A DNA stretch of 64,000 nt, from positions 45,694,001-45,758,000 of the forward strand of contig OZ024746.1 in the NCBI GenBank assembly GCA_964016885.1, written 5' to 3'. A program made the position numbers and the translations under genes. This document shows, piece by piece, positions 54,150-64,000 of the stretch (within the stretch, counting starts at the first letter, position 1; every line of letters starts with the position of its first letter). The DNA comes from Eledone cirrhosa. Taxonomy: Eukaryota. The notes below the pieces were generated by a model that saw only the letters and a program-made list of their open reading frames with translations, searched no databases and was not told where the DNA came from.

Positions 54150-55500
54150 TGTTTAAATTATCAAGTGTTGTTCTAAACAAATAATTTTAGTATAAGAGTT
54201 CAGTAACCGCTGAAAAGAAATTAGAGAGATTTATATGATTTAATTAGTGCAAATTAATTGCAACAAATTTAGCTTAGATATGAATCCATTCAGATATATA
54301 TCAATTGATGTCTTATTCCTAGTGAGACAAAAGTAATCCTTTGATACTTATCTTTGCTGATTCACTGATAAGGGCTTGCAATCAACAAGACACAATTTTT
54401 TTCTCCATGGAAATCTTGCTTCCTTGAATGAGTATTGTATGCTTTTGATTATTTCTTTCATAGTTTCACTTAACTTTTCAGTACATTTCTGAATACTTCA
54501 AAGTTTTCTTCATTTCTACAGTTAGAAAGAGTTTCCTTGGTTACTGTAGCTGTTCTTCTTACTGTCTTCTACCATGGTTTTTACTTCTTCATATATACAG
54601 GAACATCTTTGTTACGCTCTGAGGTTTAACTGTCTGTGACCAACTTTCTTGATTACAAAGAGTACATATCATTTAAGACTAGTATCTAGAAATGATACTA
54701 CTGTGAATGATTCCTAAGGCATTGCTAAGAGGTTCAGTACTTGTCATGGTATCTTGGATATCAAGGTTTTGGAGAGGGGCTCATAGCAATGAACATAATG
54801 GTAAGTGGGGAAGATCCCTTTATTATTGTTGCCAAATACTGTTTATACCTGCCGTGTCATCAAAACATTGTCCAACAATTTTGTTACGTTTCATCTCTAG
54901 CTTTCCAAATATATTTTTTACTAATTCATAAATGGCATTTCCTTCAATGGAAGGTGTTGCATAGAATTCAATAAAAGGTTCCATAACTTCTCTTCCTGTG
55001 ATGAATCTGAGGCTTATTGCAGCTTGCTCATCCCTGCTCATGACTGACATTCCATCAATGAGGATAAATATTTTAAACACTTTTTTTCCCCCATCCTATC
55101 ATTTCCTATGCAGCCTTAAATAGGCTCAGCTATAATATCAAGAATTTCATTTTGCACTGTAGTTGAGGTCCACTGTAACTAACTTTACAGTTTTTTTCCT
55201 AACAAAGGAATATCCTTAGGCTGAAACTATATTTTGTTGAGCTGTATAATAATTTTTCAAGTACTCTTGACTCCGACTACTTACTGCTTATGTACAACCT
55301 TTTGTTGACCTAGCACTGATGTTTTGTGTTTTGCATTCACTTAATAGTCTATTCAATTTATCATGGCCTGCTGATTACACTTTTTGTATGATTTGTGAAT
55401 CAGTTTATCTTATTTCTGTTTTAGTTTTTGACAGCTTAATAGAATGTCAATCATAACTTCCTCTCACAAATCATTTAGTTTAAAAGACCTGAAATGGTGA
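54150..55500 (-). mobile_element. hAT transposase relic (ZMYM1/DUF4371-like)
   Basis: WTSTTVQNEILDIIA; FILIDGMSVMSRDEQAAISLRFI..EPFIEFY..GNAIYELV..IVGQCFDDTA (cf. DETTDxSxxEQ..LRYV..GQxYDGA). Confidence 0.85.
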
Positions 55501-55633
55501 AGGAATTTGATAGGTATAGTCTGGATTTATTGTTTCAAATATAGATGTGTGTTCTTACACAAGTCACGATAAGGAGACCAGACTTGAATCTCAGTTATGA
55601 GATGCAAGATAGCATCATTTTCACAACTTTCAC

Positions 55634-55870
55634 TCATGACCACTACCATCATCTACATCATCTTCACCATCATCATCTCCACCACAACCTCGTCATCATC
55701 ATTATCACCATCATCATCATCATCATCATCATCACCACTACCATCATCTACATCATCTTCACCATCATCATCTCCACCACAACCTCGTCATCATCATCAT
55801 TATCATCATCATCATCATGATCATCATCATCATGATCATCATCATCATCATTGTCATCATCGTCGTCATC
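55634..55870. repeat. (CAT/CAC)n compound microsatellite with internal ~96-bp-period duplication
   Basis: accactaccatcatctacatcatcttcaccatcatcatctccaccacaacctcgtcatcatc occurs twice. Confidence 0.9.
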
Positions 55871-56404
55871 GTTGTAGCCTACAGTGACAAATATATTAGT
55901 TGAAAAATGTTCTGCAGCCTCTGCAATGAGGAGAAATTTCATGTTTTAATTAAAACAACAGACATCTAAGAAGTAGCTTTCATTAGTAAATCTGATCATG
56001 AAAATAACTTATTTATGAAACCATAATAGACTACTCAAACTGAATTAAGTTGATGTATGTTAATTGTCACTCCACCGGAGATTAACTAACTGACAACCTT
56101 GATGAAACTAATCAGATGATTCTACTAAAACGTTCTCATTATTGTTATTTCATTCTATTGTACTGGAGTTCTCACCTCCCTCTGAAAAATAGCCCATAAA
56201 ACATATAATTAGTCTATATGATGATTTCATATCTAGCTTCATTTTGTGACAACAGCCATCTCCATTTCCTAAAATAATCTTCTTTGGACTATATAAAAAA
56301 TTCCTTTCAACCAATGATATTTCTAACTCAGGCAAAATCATGAGTACTAGCAGCCAATTGGGTGTTATTCACTACACTTTTTCTTAGAACTTAGTGGCTT
56401 ATAT

Positions 56405-56590
56405 CCTATGTTATTTTTAAAAAAAATATGGTGACGTAACTAATTCAATTCAATATTCAAATTCTAGTGGTAGATTCTAATCATGCGATGTTTTCATATA
56501 TATATATACCATGTGATGAATATATATCATGTGATGAAAATTGAATTGAATTAGTAACTTCACAAATTTTTTTTTTAATAATAGCATAGG
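56405..56590. repeat. ~50-bp imperfect inverted repeat (MITE-like fold-back)
   Basis: cctatgttatt..aaaaaaa..gtgacgtaactaattcaattcaat / attgaattgaattagtaacttcac..tttttt..aatagcatagg. Confidence 0.75.
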
Positions 56591-56781
56591 TAAACCATTA
56601 TGTGGTCGGTTGTTCCTGGAACAAAAAAGAGAAAAAAACTTTAATGCCCATATATATATATATATATATTAAAGAGTTAAACAATATTCAATGAGTATAT
56701 CAAAGAATGAGTTTTACAGTAGATTGGAAGCACTCTTGATTAAATCTTAACCATTTAACATCTCAGGGTATGTCATGTATC

Positions 56782-56844
56782 ATTATATTTTGTCTGATGA
56801 GGACGTACTGTTGTACATCTGAAATATGTATAATAAAATGTAAT
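56782..56844 (+). ncRNA. Minimal type I hammerhead ribozyme, solitary
   Basis: attatattttgt-CTGATGA-ggacgtac-tgtt-gtacatct-GAAA-tatgta-TA^ataaaatgtaat: 12-bp stem I (with G-U), 8-bp stem II with one mismatch, quasi-palindromic stem III. Confidence 0.8.
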
Positions 56845-56879
56845 TGACAAAAAGAACATCTATTTTATTAATATTTGTA

Positions 56880-56911
<32 letters not shown>

Positions 56912-57142
56912 GGTATTAAAGCTTTGTAGAAGTAGTTCCACAAAAGTTAATTCACCATTTCTCAAGGCACATGTAGCATATGATTTATAATGAACAAATT
57001 CACAGCATCAGTAGAATTAACTGCTTTCCCATTGGTCAGGTTTAGTTTCACCATTCCAACAAGTCTGCTGAATTTCTTAGTGGTGTCATTGTCCTGGAAT
57101 CAGGTCAGTCAGTTGGGGCTGTTTTTAGCAGCCAACAATAAT

Positions 57143-57287
57143 GATTTCTACTATAGGCACAAGGTCAGAAATTTGGGGGAAAGGGAAAGGCACAGCTAAC
57201 CTCGACGGGATTTGAACCAAGAACGCAAAGGGCCGTAACTCTCTGCCACAAAGCAAGTGTCCGACGCTCTACCAATACTGCAAATCC
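57143..57287 (-). mobile_element. SINE main family, internally deleted, 15-bp TSD
   Basis: TSD gcagccaacaataat at 57128-57142 and 57288-57302. Confidence 0.88.
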
Positions 57288-57439
57288 GCAGCCAACAATA
57301 ATAATGTATATATATATATAATGTACATATATATATATGGGTGTATATTTGAGTGTGTGTGTGTGTGTGTGATGGTGTGTGCGTGTGTATGAAAGTATGT
57401 ATATGTAGGAATATACTACACACATCCAAGTATGTGTCC

Positions 57440-57620
57440 CTCCCTCTTCTTATATATACAACTGCAACAAACCATTTTATCCATTGATCAGCTTCTGTTA
57501 CTTTTCAAATCATCCTGCAAATAACCAAGATAATCTTCAGGTTTACAAATGTTCATCCATTTGATGGACAAAGGTTTGCAAGGTGGAGTTTGTGGAATAC
57601 AATGGATACTAATCAATATA
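57440..57620 (-). mobile_element. CR1-type LINE RT relic
   Basis: ICKPEDYLGYLQDDLKSNRS*S (cf. IxSxEDxxxLQxDLxxLxxWS). Confidence 0.4.
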
Positions 57621-58249
57621 GATTATGCAAACAGTTTGGTGATGATTACAAGAACACATGACATGTAACTAATATGGTCTTGTTATTAACTGATCAAAGA
57701 CTGAAATTATTAATATAAACCATGCCTATCAATTCAATTGCAGTATAGTAGGAGAAATAATAAAAATCCCTGATTGCTTCAATACTATGGTTGCAAATAA
57801 TGGCTCACTCAGATTTGGGTGAGCTATTCATGGGCATGTTAAAATTTATGTATATGTTCAACAACTATATCATGAAAGACATTCATAATGACTATTATAT
57901 AGATATACATTTACATACATATTTTGTTAGTTCTACACTTTTGCCAAGTTTGTTCAGGTAAGTTTTTTATTTTGACTTGTTCACACATCCATTTGTATAA
58001 TTCCCTAGCAGTGTTTGAACTAATTTACAAAATTGCTGATACTGTCAATTGGAGTAAATGAAAACTGAATGAAGCAAAGAAAAGTGAATAAAACTGAATG
58101 AATATGATATGATGCTACTAAAATTCAAAGTTCCAGGACTGAGATAAGTTGTTATAAAATGTAGAAGAGATTTTGGTAGGTTACTTATTTAAAAAAGGAT
58201 ATCTCCAGAATGAGCGAATTCATTCAACTTCATATATCTAATTTGATGT

Positions 58250-58930
58250 TGAAGAGCTTTAATAAGTACTTGTGAAATTAATGACATCCTCAGAAATTTC
58301 TGGAAACCTTTTATAATGTTAAGTATTGTAGCTTTTACCACACATATTCGACAGCATTTTGTGTCTCTAATATGTAATTTGCATTTTAATCCCCTTTTAG
58401 CCTCTAAACGTAATTTGACCATAGTGTTGATGACCTCTTGTGTTTGTTTCTGAATATAGCATATTTTGTTTAAATATTCCTTCTATTATTGCACTGTAAT
58501 TTTTTAATTCTTGTTTGTGGAATTAAATTTGACCAAGAATATTGCTGGTTCAATGTTACAATATTGATAGTGTGAGCATATCTTTTCATTTCTACAGGTG
58601 CATTTATCAACTGTAATAGATTTTGTTTTATGTGGAACGGTTTTAGTGTTTGGTGTGCTCCTATATGTTACTTTTAAGGAACTTCTTTTGAGGATACTTC
58701 TATAACCAAGCTGGTTAAGTGAATGTTTATCTATTGCTCCTGATTGCTTAAGGAGAAAGGGAGCATGAACAAGATCATATTTCTGAGCCTATTCTTAAAT
58801 AATTAATGTGGTTCATTAGGTATATATCTATTTTTATGTTTGAATCCTCTATTTGGTAAGGCACTATTATATTGGATGTGGGTGAATTCTATCAAATATA
58901 TCTCAGTTGGGAGAAATTTTAGAGATCCTT
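58250..58930 (-). mobile_element. Penelope-like element C, old relic (linker and GIY-YIG)
   Basis: KVTYRSTPN, KCTCRNEKICSHYQYCNIEPAIF (CxCx5Cx5C), DTKCCRICVVKATIL. Confidence 0.65.
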
Positions 58931-58967
58931 GTGCTTATATTGTGTTGAATGTACTGATAGGTTTCTC

Positions 58968-59208
58968 TTAACCTTTTCAGTGTCGTACACAACATAACTC
59001 ATCCTAACATGTATGAACCCATTTCCACCAGTTCATAACTTCAAAGCTACATTGGATTACTAGTTTATTGATTTGACGTTTGACAATCATTCAGCTATGT
59101 GTTGTTAATAAATGTTTGTTTAAAAAGATAGTCAATTTACTGAAAAAAAACAAAAACACGCACAGCAACTGTAGTAGTGTAAAATATAGATGGCAGTCAA
59201 AAGGTTAA
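58968..59208. mobile_element. TTAA-flanked piggyBac-type MITE (family 3)
   Basis: ttaaccttttcagtgtc / ggcagtcaaaaggttaa. Confidence 0.6.
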
Positions 59209-60132
59209 ATATATCTAAAGTATTTCCCTTGACATGAATAGTCATGGCTAATCATTTCTTTATAAGCTGATGTTGGGTTGTTAAATTTTCTTGTCAGAGA
59301 ATCTAACATGTATACCTTGATGTGTATTAGAAAAGGAAGCTAATACTGATAACAATATTGGCATCCATTTTGTTCACAATTTGTTTAACTACTGCATGAC
59401 ATTATAGTTTTCTTTTATAGAAAGCTACTTTCCTTTTTATTCATTCAGTTCAAAAGTTATTGTATTTTGTTTGAATTAAAATATTTTTTTCTATTTCATT
59501 TATGTTTCATTCATATTTATTTTCTCCCATTAAAATATTAGTCAATTGTTATGAATTCAAATATATTATTACAACCTATTGATATGCTATTGTATATTTT
59601 ATTGTTATAAATATCATTTGTATCTATTAGTGACTGAAAAATATGGAAATATTTTATTAAAATACCAGTATCAAAGCAGGTGTCACAAGATTATCAGTAT
59701 CAAATATCAATATCACCAATTTTAGCACATATACACACACACAAAGTAATGTTTTATCCAGCATATTTCAACATGATATTTCAGAGCTGATACCCTCTTT
59801 TCAAATGTGAAATAGAAATGGTTCAAAACGAACGATTTATGTATTCTTCCTTACCTGATCACACACATATGATATGCTGACTTGATATTAAGTATAACCA
59901 TGCCTTGCTCTGCCTTATTTCTTTTTAAAGATGAAGTGCACCCAGCATGCCATGGTGTTCTCTTAAGATGATAAAGACATGTAACAATAGGGCACCATAA
60001 AGACCACATGACAAATGACTGTAGGAGGCACTACAGCTTTAAAGAGAAACAAAGCAGTGTAAAGGAGAGCCATACTTGTTAATTGTTAAGATAAAAAAAA
60101 AGCACCTTTTTGTTTTTATTGTTTGCTAATCA

Positions 60133-60452
60133 GGCAGTGAATTGAAAGAGTCATTAGAATGTTAGCTAGAATAATTTCTGATATTTGTTCTGACTCTCTG
60201 CTCTCTAAGTTCAAATCATGCCAAGGTTAACTTTGCCTTTCATTATTTTGAGGTTGACAAAAAATATACCAGTCAAGTACTGGGGTTGATTCTCCATCTA
60301 TAACTCTTTCTCACTTCCTCTCTTTCACTTTCTGTCTTTCTCTGGAATAAATCTGCTGGAGAGGGATGGGCTCCACCAGGTTTTTAAAAAATGCTCAAGA
60401 ACACACAATATGTCACTATGGCACCCCTACAACTCCATCAGAAGTTACAGGA
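60133..60452 (+). mobile_element. SINE variant with 3' extension (copy 3)
   Basis: Homologous to 8672-8972 over the core, CT linker and tatggcacccctacaactcc. Confidence 0.8.
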
Positions 60453-60479
60453 CTATACTATACCAAACCAATTTCTCAA

Positions 60480-62350
60480 AATGTTAATCAGTCTTCATAG
60501 AAATAAGAAAATGGATTCAATAATTGAAAAGCCCCCAAACAGCTTAGCAACGATACAAAAATGCACATAATGGAAGAAAATAGAAAGAAAATGTTCAGAA
60601 AATGCTCAAATTGCACAAGAAAAACAAAATTGCTGAGATATCTTGTATAGAATTCTCTATTGCATGAGATTTTTATTAGCTCAAAACCTTGTATTGAGTT
60701 GTCACAAACAATTCTATACACAGAAATAGGAAAGCAATTTTAGAGATTTGAGTTGTTACTAAAATTATTGGCAAACTTTGATCCTCTCATGAAAAACAAC
60801 ATCTCAATAATATGGAAAAGAACCTTAGAAGTATATCTTATTTACCTCCATTAGTGCTGTGCAGAATTAATGTATTTATCTTCTGTTCACCAGAAATTAC
60901 TTCATAGAATTCAAAAGCAAACTATATTGGCCCCATCTTTAACTCTACTTAAGATCAAGTGCATCAAGAGTAAATGGCTGAAACAGACTAGAGTATTGCT
61001 ATTATTTGTGAAAAAAATGTTTTTTTTTATGAAAAAGGTCTTATGCAGTTAAAATGAAAGGATTGCTGAAACACAACAGAAATGATTTTTAAACAACTTG
61101 TAAAAGATGAAACAAACCTGTTGATCTGAACACTGATAAAGTTGTTGCTGGTTATAAAAGTAGTATTAAACAGAAGACTAATGAAAAATATTGCAAAGCT
61201 ATCTTTGTAAAGTGTGATAATTATTCTCTCAGTTACTTTGAAGTGCATACAACTAACAATAATAAATGGACACTAACTTTTTTGGTGCAATTAATTTGAT
61301 TTTTCTTTTTCATGATTTTTTTTTTTCTTGTAAAAGCTGACAGATAGCATACTTGCTGGTGTTCCAGAATAAACTGTGAAGACCATGCAGGAACACTTTC
61401 ATATTATATTTAAGAGCATATATTTGATGAACAAGACCAAACATCTGGTACAAGGGGTGACGCAATGCAGGTACTGAATCAAAGTTTGACATATAATTTC
61501 TTGGTTTCGTTTGGATTTGGTAATAAAATTCTTATTTGGATTAAAAAACGAATTAAAGATCCTACTAAAAACTTTTACGATGGTATTTTGTATTCAAAAG
61601 CTTTTTGAGGTTACTGTGAATCATTAGAAGTTGTGCAGAAACTATGTGATGGATGGGATATTTAAACAGAAAAATATTCCAGAAAGACTAAATAAATGCC
61701 TTGTAAACCCTCTGGGGATGTAGAGTTAACTGAAAAAAAAAGAAGAAATAATAAGAATAACGAACAAAAATAATGATTGTTTCTTTAATATAATTGTTTC
61801 TACTTTAGGCACAAGGCCAGCAATTACCCAGTGCATTACTGGTACTTTATTTTATCGACCCCGTAAGGATGAAAGGCAAAGTTAACCTCGGCGGGTTTCT
61901 TTAATATAATGGAAGAAAGATTTGCCCATCTTCATTATTTTGATCCAAAATTTGAAATACTTTTATATGTTAGAGGATTACTGTTAGACACAAATGAAAA
62001 CAACATCATTCACAAAGAAAAGTTGTCTCAACTTTCAACAAATTCGTATCCTTGTTATTAGTGGATTTGAGCTTTACGAAGAAATCTTGGATCATAAGAT
62101 GCTTCTGAAAAATCACTTAAACACACACACTCACGCATACACACAAATGCACACACACACATGCACACACATACACACAAACAAATACGCACACACACAC
62201 TCACATACAAATGCACACACACACATACATGCTTACATATTCAATGGAAATCTCAATGAAATACATATCATTTTTATAGTATTTTAAGCATAAGTTGAAA
62301 TGCAAAGGTAAGATTTGAATATACACAAATACATGTTTACTGATATACAT
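60480..62350 (+). mobile_element. hAT transposase relic (ZMYM-like), interrupted by a SINE and a (CA)n tract
   Basis: DILYRILYCMRF..LAQNLVLSCH, ELLLKLLANFDPLMK, IFNST*DQVHQE remnants. Confidence 0.6.
61792..61895 (-). mobile_element. SINE main family, 5'-truncated, 16-bp TSD
   Basis: TSD gtttctttaatataat at 61779-61794 and 61895-61910. Confidence 0.93.
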
Positions 62351-63135
62351 CGATAAAGAAATGGATAAAACAAGATATTCTTACCTATTACTATTTTTAC
62401 TTTTATTACCATGCTCTCTGTCAAAAAACTTTCATGATTTACTATATCCTATAACTTTTGTCTACAACATATTTTCTCATCGATAGATATTCATAGAATA
62501 TATCTTCATCTCTTCATATTCATAAGCTTTCGCTCATCTTCTTGTACAATAAACCTAGAATCTCCTCATTATTTTTGCATTTAATAGTTTTTTTTAGTTT
62601 ACAGTCATAGCAAAGTTATATAATATCCAAAAGTTAGATATTCTTCCAAATTATTGTGAAATGTTTACACAAAAAATACTAAACAGCTAATAAAAATATC
62701 ACACAGCAGATTCAACCAATAATCATCTAAGTATTATTTTTGATTCTCCAATAAATCATGGAAAATTTCTTTTTCTGGTTATATTTTTGCAACTTCGTGT
62801 CTTACCCTTTACATGTGTACTTAGAGTTAAATCAATTGACAAAACAAAACTGACATGTGACAGAAGTTCATCTATTCCTTCAGGCATGAGATTTTGAAGA
62901 GAAATCCAATGATGGGAGTGTGGTGGAAATGAGAGAGATAGGAAAGCGGCATCTTGCTTTCTGGGGGTAGGGTGCGATCCCACAGTGGGAGGTGGAGTGG
63001 GAAGATGAAGTATTTGCATATATATATATATAAATACACACACACATATATATATACTATATATAGTATATATATATAATATATATATATATATATCTTA
63101 TATATATATATATATTATATATATACTATATATAT

Positions 63136-63320
63136 AATTGTTTCTACTTTTGGGACAAGGCCAGCAATTACCCAGTGTATTACTGTTACTTTATTTTATC
63201 GACCCCGTAAGGATGAAAGACAAAGTTAACCTCGGCGGGATTTGAACTCAGAATGGCAAGGGGCGTAACTCTATGCGTCAAAGCATGGTGTCCGACCCTC
63301 TACTGATACTGTCAATCCAC
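63136..63320 (-). mobile_element. SINE main family, near full length
   Basis: Reverse complement of the 5699-5888 and 36939-37109 copies. Confidence 0.93.
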
Positions 63321-63321
63321 T

Positions 63322-63376
<55 letters not shown>

Positions 63377-63439
63377 ACATATATATATGTGTGTGCGTAT
63401 GTATATATATATATATACACACACACACACGCATATGCA

Positions 63440-64000
63440 CATCATCATCGTTTAACGTCTATCTTCCACACTAGCATGGGTCAGATGGGTTAGTCCCACT
63501 TGAGGCAAGTTGGGTCAGGTGACCATGTCTCGCTTGTATAGAACTGTTTCTGGCTGGTTTTCTATGGCTGGATGCCCTTCCTAGCGCCAACCACACAGTG
63601 TGAACTGGGTGCTTTTTGTTGTGACACCTACATGACCACTTTAGTGTGGGCTGGATGTTTTGTCGTATCAACATAACTTTACAGAGAAAGGGTGGTGTCG
63701 GCGGAAGTGGGAGGATGGAGTAGGAGGTGTGGGATAGGGTGTACACTGGGTTAAGAGGTGCCTACTGACTGTAGGTTTAAGTTTGTAAGTAAGGGAAGGC
63801 GGGTCTTCTGTATTACTACATAGCGCCAAAGATCTCGATCGAGTGACATTGTCTTAGAGAGGTGCAAGTGTGCAAGGTCAGTTTTTATCACCTCGTCCCA
63901 GGTTTTTTTTATCCTACCTACTCCGTAGTTTCCATCAATTTTGATTGCCCTGCACATTTTTTATACAGCTGCTGTCCTTCATTCGCATCACATGACCATA
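63440..64000 (-). mobile_element. RTE-clade LINE 3' end (ORF C-terminus, 3' UTR, (GAT)n tail), runs off the window
   Basis: CRAIKIDGNYGVGRIKKTWDEVIKTDL...DRDLWR; UTR motif tggttggcgctaggaagggcatccagccatagaaa; tail gacgttaaacgatgatgatg. Confidence 0.88.

Noticed and set aside
59857-60019. Minus-strand open stretch of ~55 codons with a strong CAG|gtaagg donor
   Set aside because: No recognisable protein features and no linkable neighbouring exon; insufficient support.

Overview
Eukaryotic, very AT-rich, microsatellite-dense DNA with no intact protein-coding gene. The repeat complement (tRNA-derived SINEs, RTE, Dong/R4 and CR1 LINE relics, TTAA-flanked MITEs, (TA)n/(CA)n/(TTC)n tracts) resembles an octopus or other cephalopod intron or intergenic region; this is an inference. 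Most listed ORFs are microsatellite artefacts. Main structures: (1) an ~8 kb Penelope-like element (PLE) complex at 41.8-50.0 kb, with two different RT+GIY-YIG families tail-to-tail and ~2.6 kb spanning both 3' ends duplicated in inverted orientation; (2) a ~461-bp-period unit carrying a hammerhead ribozyme (HHR) at 21.9-22.9 kb, inserted in (TA)n as a near-perfect 257-bp fold-back plus a tandem copy, with a diverged relative at 51.0-51.4 kb; (3) five type I hammerhead motifs read directly from the sequence; (4) a third PLE relic plus hAT, Mariner and possible DIRS relics. Three weakly supported minus-strand exons may belong to a host gene. Everything was read by eye, and boundaries of degenerate repeats are approximate.
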